DNA of 64,000 nucleotides from a virus: IMG/VR virus record IMGVR_UViG_3300033113_000110, positions 797 to 64,796 of that record; one strand, 5' to 3'. Shown piece by piece: positions 57,752 to 64,000 of this stretch (position 1 is its first letter; each line of letters starts with the position of its first letter). The notes under the pieces were generated by a model. It saw only the letters and a program-made list of their open reading frames with translations, ran no database searches and was not told where the DNA came from. The position numbers and the translations under genes were made by a program.

Positions 57752-59458
57752 TTGGTAAGTCCCCAATACCCGAAGGGCCATTCTGTAGCCACAGGTCTTT
57801 GGGTGAGTTCTTTGTAGGACTGGCTGTTTTTGATTTCGCTAAGGGTTGTGGCATCGTCGATGTATAAATCAGCGTCTGCTAATTGGAATACGTGTCCCTC
57901 TTTCCGCCAGTATTGCTCATAGATTCCGTATAGGGCGAAGGGTTGGTTTTCCTGTTCGAGGTATTGCAGAATTAATGCTGAGTTATTTATCTCGTGAACC
58001 TTTACAGTTTCTTCCTCTACGGGTGTGTCCCCGATGATATTCTTAGAGGCGAAGTAGAAGTCTGTGCCGGTTTTGTTTTTGACGTTGACTTCGATAAGGT
58101 GCAATGGTGTTTGCATGGGGTCTCCTTTATTCGTATTCTTCCCATTCGTCGAGGACTTTGAGGTAATTCTCGACGGAGTTGTAGGTGTTTTCAGAACATG
58201 GGGTATCGACGATGCAGGAACCGTCCGGAAATTCAATAATGTAGTAATTATTATCGGACATTTCGTGCCATCCGCCGTTTGCTTCCGCGAATTCCTTGAG
58301 TGGTAGGTCGGATTTCTTCCAAGCATCGAAGACTTTCTCGGCATCGTTTCGGGTGTTTTGCATGTCGATGAGAATAGTGGGGAGATTTAGTTTTTCTGAC
58401 GTTATATCGTATATTTTGCCAGTTTTGGTATTTTCTAAAATAACCTTATCTCCCTGTTTTTTGCATACTGCGTGGTAGTCTGTTGATACGGCTTTTAGAA
58501 TACCGTTTATTCGAGATACTACTATTGCAGTCCTGTTTCCATTGGCGGTTACTCTTATGCCTGGCTCGTACATTTCTGCGATTACTTGTCCGTTAACAAG
58601 CATGAAGTTTTCCCCTTTTACAATTTGGACGATTGTGTTGTGTCCTGAGAAGGGTATTCCTATGAAAAAGGCATGTCCCGCTTTTTCTGAAATTTTACTC
58701 ATTGGGTCTCCTTTAGTAGAATAGAGGTGTTGTTGCGTTTACTGTTTCTTCACGGTGTTCGCGGAGGGCATTGATTGCTTCTCCGTAACCACGAGCGGCA
58801 CCGCCACTTTTGTATGCTTCAGCGAGACATTGATCGATTTCTTCGACGGATAGTTCCCAGTATTCGTGGTAGAGTTCTGGTGCGTTTTCTTCAAATTCGT
58901 CCCAGTCTATCTCGCCATCTTCGAGAGCAAACTCTGCCATAGTGTGTGGGATTGATGCTATGAGGCTTGCTCTGTCCATTGCCTCTCGTTCTTCGGGGGT
59001 GATTTTGACTAATTGGGGTTGTCGGTTTCTTGCTGTGTCTGCGTTTGGCATGTTGTGCTCCTATCGGTTAGACTCGAAGTAGTTTTCCCAGTAATCGGAT
59101 ACGGCTTCTTCATGATCGCATATTTCACGGTCGGTGATGCTTCCGATCGATCCGTCGATGTACCCGGTGCGGGTGTCGAAAAATACATTACAACTGCCGT
59201 GTTTGTCATACCAACGAGGGAACAGGTAAACAATCGTGCCGTCATACTCGCCGTCCATGAGATGGATATGCTCTACCTGGCGGACGGTATCTCCCCACCA
59301 GAATTCAGCGGGTTTCTCGGACAGTTTCTTTAGCGTTTCGGCGAGACGAGTTTCGAGGCGTTCCTGTTCCTCGGTGGTCATGTTTGTTGGAGGGTTGAGT
59401 GCATGGATGAGACGGGTTTCAATCTCTTGACGTTTTTCGTCTGTCATACGATGCTCCT

Positions 59459-60103
59459 TTACACATCGGATAGTTGGAATTGGAGGAGGGCTTCTCTGAC
59501 GCTATGCTCGAAACACATCCAGACGAGTCTATCGAAGGTGAAATTGCTCGGTCTATACTCGCATTGACCGAATAAGAAACCCATGTCGCCAAGGCTTTCA
59601 GCGATTTCTTGGACGATGATTTCCAAGTCTCGTTTGTGTTCTCTGATACAATCTAAAACTTGACTGTGATAGACAAGCTCGCCGACCATACCGGAGACAC
59701 AACCGTTGGTGATCAAGTCTTTGTACGCATCTCGGTTATCGTTCATCCAGTTGGCAACGAAAGTCTCAAAATCGGTGGTACCACTCCACTCGGCAGTTTC
59801 GACTTGATAGTAGTGTTCATCTTCGTCAAGTTCTTCTTGCTCATCAGGGTCGAGGTCTCGGATAAGTACGCCTTCCCAATTGTAAGGGAGATAGCCGCCG
59901 CCGTTGCCGTCATCGTCTTCCTCGTTATCACGCTCGGCTACTTCAAAAGATTGTGAGCCTTCAATCCATTGAAGACTCACTGGGTGCATGACGATTTCAC
60001 GGTTGAGAAGTAGCGTTAGAGCATCGGTGTTGTTCAACTGCTCTATTAACTCGTCGATGTCAACGTGTGTGCCATCAGCGAGTTTTATGCTTAAATTTAT
60101 CAT
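59459..60103 (-). CDS. Acidic protein with GCVSGMV motif (DUF7222-like, DNA-mimic candidate)
   Basis: ERDNEEDDD, DPDEQEELDEDE, GCVSGMVGELVY...LVWMCFE. Confidence 0.45.
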   Translation of the reverse strand: MINLSIKLADGTHVDIDELIEQLNNTDALTLLLNREIVMHPVSLQWIEGSQSFEVAERDNEEDDDGNGGGYLPYNWEGVLIRDLDPDEQEELDEDEHYYQVETAEWSGTTDFETFVANWMNDNRDAYKDLITNGCVSGMVGELVYHSQVLDCIREHKRDLEIIVQEIAESLGDMGFLFGQCEYRPSNFTFDRLVWMCFEHSVREALLQFQLSDV

Positions 60104-61678
60104 TCTTTGGACTCCATTTTTCGGTTGATGTCTTCGACTAATGCTTGGGCTTCCTGACCGTCTCTTTCTTCAAGGGCCTCGAGGAGGTTGTTTATTCTGC
60201 TCGCGTGGCCCTCAATGAATTCTCTGTTTTTTCGCGTGTTTTCAGGGGTTGTGAACATGATCTCTCTTGCCGCGTGTTTGATCAATGCGAATAGCTCATC
60301 GAGTGCAAGTTGGGAAGTGTTCATAAAGGTCTCCTTTTTCCCGCGCGGCGGGGGTGTGATTTGAATGCCGCGCGGTGTTTCTGGCGTTCAAGTTTCAATT
60401 CATAATGCGATAATAGGATACCGCTGGTGATTAAAAGTACTGTTAGTAAAAGGTAGATCATGGGTGATAATGACCTTCTGAGCCAGAGCATCCTTCACTA
60501 CAGTCCATGAATTCTAACATATTACCGTCTTCTATTGTCCAGTGTTCTTCCATGACAGCATCACAGAAATCACATGAAGCTACTTGTACAACGTGGTGGT
60601 TGATTAGCGTGATCCGCTCTACACCAGCGTCGTTCAATTCTTTTTGGGTTGTGTACCGGTTGCCGTCTTTATCTTCGAGTGCCATGATCTCACCGGTCAT
60701 TGCGATTTCGGCTTGCCATTCCTCGCCGGTGAAACCACCGTCCTTGAAGAAAATTTGTGCTCGGCATTCTTCCGGGATCGTGTTGAATTCGATTGCCATG
60801 TTAGTCCTCCTCGTCGTGGCTGAATTCGTCAAGTATATCATCGATGCTGATTTCTTCTTTCACAACTTCGATGACAGCTTCCTTTATGTGCCACTCGTTT
60901 TCGGATAAGGCTATTTCAGTTGTTGAATCGATGAGGTTTTCTACAGTTGATCGGGTGATTTCTTGACCATCCTCGAACTGACCGTGGATGTTTTCTCTGA
61001 TATTTTCGATAATGCCGTACGCTGCCATTTCGAGTAGATTGGTGATTCTATCGTTCATTGGATCGCTCCCGTGTGTAGATGCGGCTGTAGACTTGTGTTT
61101 GTGTCAAGCTAAGTCCGCCAATGATGGTTCCAATTCGGTGTAGAAATTCCGAGAGCGTCATGGACTTGGCTTGTTCGTACACTTTTTCGATGAGTGGTTT
61201 GCGAGCTGCTATTTCTTGGTGAACGTTCATGCGGCCTCCTTTATGGCATCGTTGAGCGGTTTGCTCCAGTAGAATAGATCTGGAGCTGTCCAGTAGATGC
61301 GTCCGAGCGGTTCAAGATGGAATCCGCAGGCGAATCGGTATGCGGTATCGAGACTGGGTGCGTTGGGCCAGAGATGTGATACGTAAATTTGGTCGAGTCC
61401 GGCTTCGATCTCTGCATCCCAATCTAATGGGAGACCTTCATCGAGAAGCATCATTTCGATGGGCTTGCCTTTTCCGTTCTTGTAGATCATGTATTGGACG
61501 CGATGGAAGTGGGAGTCCATTTCGCTGAGCTTACTCTCGTCTTTGTTTAGCAGCCAAGCGGATCGGGCATCTTGATATTCTTGGAACCCGTAGTACAGAT
61601 CGCACGTCCCGGACATGTAATGTTGGTTCTCGACGGTCGGGTAATGGTGTAATCCGATTCTACGCCTTTCTATGTTGG

Positions 61679-62071
61679 CTATTGTGTTGGTTCCCATACC
61701 TTGTATTCTCCCTGTAAGTAAGCCTTAGCTTTGTTGAGGGTTTCGATCACCATTTCAAAAGTTGTATCTGCAGCATCGTTGTATCCGATATGCTCGTCTT
61801 GATGCCTGATGTTAAATTTCAGACCTTGGACTTTGCAGATCGCGCCGACGATCTTCCAGTATGAGTTGTTCCACTTGCGTTTCGAGAGTTTTTGCTCCCA
61901 AATGGCTTTATAGATAGCACCTTCGAGGCACCAGCAAACGGCTCGGTCGTTGGGAGGGTAGACGGGTTCGCCATATTCGTCGCGAGCGTTTACTTTTTGT
62001 GTCCAGTTTGCTGCGGAATGGAAGATTTCAAGAATACGATCTATGATATTGATCTCGCGCTTGTTTTTCAT
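61679..62071 (-). CDS. DUF6197-like phage protein
   Basis: WTQKVNARD...AVCWCLEGAI...YNDAADTTFEMVIETL. Confidence 0.6.
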   Translation of the reverse strand: MKNKREINIIDRILEIFHSAANWTQKVNARDEYGEPVYPPNDRAVCWCLEGAIYKAIWEQKLSKRKWNNSYWKIVGAICKVQGLKFNIRHQDEHIGYNDAADTTFEMVIETLNKAKAYLQGEYKVWEPTQ

Positions 62072-62548
62072 ATTTTTCTATTCCTTGTGGATTGATTTTG
62101 ACGTGTTGTTCGTAAATAATTTTTACGACGTTGGTGACACGCTTGGGATGTTTGGATTGGAATAGTAGCGTGATGGCGGTAGGCTCGTTGTAGATTAAGT
62201 AAAGCATGTAGTAATCGTGGAAGTCTTCGGTCTTTAGAATTATGGTGAATCCGCAGTGCGTCCAGATATAGGAGTCTTCGGTATCTTTTTCACCTTTAAT
62301 TCCGAGTGCTTTATTTAACTTTTTTACGAGTTTTTCTACATTTTTCATGATTATGTCCTTTTTGAGTTGAACAGGCAGTCATGAGATACCATAAAAGTGA
62401 GTGCATCTTCCCTTCTAAAGAAAAATGACGCGGATTTACAGGGGTGCCCGTTGTGTATCCCGTAATCAAAGGTGAGTTTCCAACCGCCAGCCGCGGCGCG
62501 TGTAATTTGTTTGGAAATTGGTTTCAAAATTTGGCTCCTTTCTTTTAA

Positions 62549-62595
62549 AGCAACCTGCCCGCCACGATTTACGATGGCGGGCAGGTTGCTGAAGT
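62549..62595. repeat. Dispersed palindromic element R, copy 3
   Basis: AGCAACCTGCCCGCC-ACGATTTACGAT-GGCGGGCAGGTTGCT-GAAG. Confidence 0.8.
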
Positions 62596-63629
62596 ATAAT
62601 TACTCGGTTATATGTAGGGCTTGCGCTATCTGATCGACAATCTCGTTGTAGACAATAACTGTGAGCCGGACGAGATCAAACCCTTTATGGAAGATGTGGT
62701 CGTAGAATTCCTTCCCGAAGTTATCGGACATGTGGTTGACGACTTCCATAAAATCGTGATAGTGCTTGGTGATGAACTGCATCGCTGTCTCGGTGTCGGC
62801 GAGGTTGTCCTTCGCGTACCGGGCATAGGGTTGCCATTCAGGATCGTGTGGAACGTCGTATCCGAGGATCGTCCTGATGACGTATTTGAGTGGATAGTCT
62901 TTAACTAACATGTGTCCCTCAAGCCGATCGATTGCACTATTGATACAGTCTATTACGTATTTTTCAAGGTCGTTGGGTTGGTCAACGTAGACTTTGCCAT
63001 CTGGACTGGTTGCTTCTTCTATCATGCTGCTTTCCTTTCTGGTGGTTCAAGCCCGATTTCTCGGAGCAATGTACCTTCCTCGACGGACGAATCGCCGTCC
63101 CAGTCGATGCTGAAGGCTATTTTCTTGATACCTTTTTTCTCGAAGAACTTGCCGAGCGCGTCTTCCGCGATTGCTGTGGCATCGGAGAGGACTTCTTCGA
63201 TCTTTTCCTCATCTGTCTCGTCATACTCGAATGAGAGATTCCAGTCGGATCGGATTGCCATGTTATTCACCTTTTGTTTCCTATGTTTCCGTTCTGTCTC
63301 GGTCAGTCTCTGCCCGGCTTTTGCATCGCTGTTTTTCCCGGAACTGAGTTTGCGTCCGAGGGATTCCGCTGCGCCGATGGCACCGCCGAGAAGGACTGGG
63401 AGTAGTTGTTCGATACGACCTTTATTCATTATGGATTCCTTTCAAGGATTGATTTGGGGTTGGTGTACGCTTGGATGTATGCTTCTGCTTGCTTCTTGGT
63501 ATCATATCCGGCGAGGGCTTTGAACCATCCGTCTTCCCGTTTAGCAAGCACGCAAAACTTTTGAACACTCTCGAAAAAAGCGATCTCTAAAGTGGTTTTC
63601 ATTATAGCACCTCGGGTGTTAAAATAAAA

Positions 63630-63651
63630 TAGGGGAGCCGAAGCCCCCCTA
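63630..63651 (-). terminator. Intrinsic terminator
   Basis: Minus strand TAGGGGGGCTTCGGCTCCCCTA followed by TTTTATTTT. Confidence 0.7.
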
Positions 63652-64000
63652 AGTTTTTATCACTATTAATATGTGGCTGTGCGTTACACACAGCGGGTGA
63701 CATAACGAAGTCTCCCTACCATACGGCGGTTATAGGTTATAGTAATGTCGCTCGTTGATGTTTATTGATCGAAACTTGAATCCCTATCGATGTCGGGGTA
63801 TAATAACAACATTGCGGTGTCCCAGTCAGAGTCAGTGTCTTCGTCGTTAACGTTGGGGTCTCCGATATTATCAATCCCGATCTCGTCTTCGAGATAAGTT
63901 TCCCATTCGTAGTTGTTTTGTGGCATGAGGGTCTCCTATGAAAAGTGATGTTGAAGGTTAGGGGGGCGGGCAGATTTTACGACTTACCCAGGTTGGCGGA

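Larger units (their letters stand above)
44384..63429 (-). other. Early-gene region: about 40 small, tightly packed minus-strand genes, mostly hypothetical
   Basis: Continuous coupled ORFs with GGAG/AGGA RBSs; + strand track ORFs here are shadows except the GIY-YIG gene. Confidence 0.75.

Noticed and set aside
60392-60401. GTTTCAATTC, the first 10 nt of the CRISPR repeat, as a possible solitary repeat unit
   Set aside because: Remainder diverges completely and it lies within a plausible small ORF.
1-64000. tRNA, rRNA, cas, reverse transcriptase, integrase, capsid or portal genes
   Set aside because: No convincing motifs found by eye; they may lie outside the window or among the hypothetical ORFs.

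Overview
This 64-kb window is part of a large tailed temperate phage, probably a phage-plasmid (parA plus an RHH partner; no integrase, capsid or portal gene seen). In order it contains: an IS701/IS4-type insertion sequence interrupting a structural gene (1-1093); a + strand block of Ig/FN3/cadherin-like virion genes, an aerolysin-fold (spherulin-2A/hydralysin-like) pore-forming toxin, a membrane-anchored thermonuclease, three holin-like genes, an endolysin and an outer-membrane barrel (1.7-15.6 kb); a minus-strand block with a C5-cytosine methyltransferase, parA/RHH, a cas-less CRISPR mini-array, DUF5131, ASCH and an amber-interrupted DUF932 gene (15.8-26.5 kb); a tail-assembly-chaperone pair with a candidate +1 TTT-CGT frameshift, followed by a 4383-aa polyvalent protein (serine protease, amidoligase, UvrD helicase, helical repeats, SNase nuclease) in the tape-measure position (26.7-40.6 kb); terS, an antisense GIY-YIG endonuclease and terL (41-44 kb); and about 20 kb of small early genes including Gp157 and acidic DNA-mimic candidates. 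The most striking non-coding signal is a family of six covarying pseudoknotted leader RNAs (6734, 17185, 20070, 41048, 44148, 56907). Most lie directly behind a sigma70-like promoter, and several are coupled to terminator or RBS switches. The host is unknown; an animal-associated (e.g. sponge-symbiont, Poribacteria-like) host is only an inference from gene content. All calls are by eye; no database search or folding program was run.
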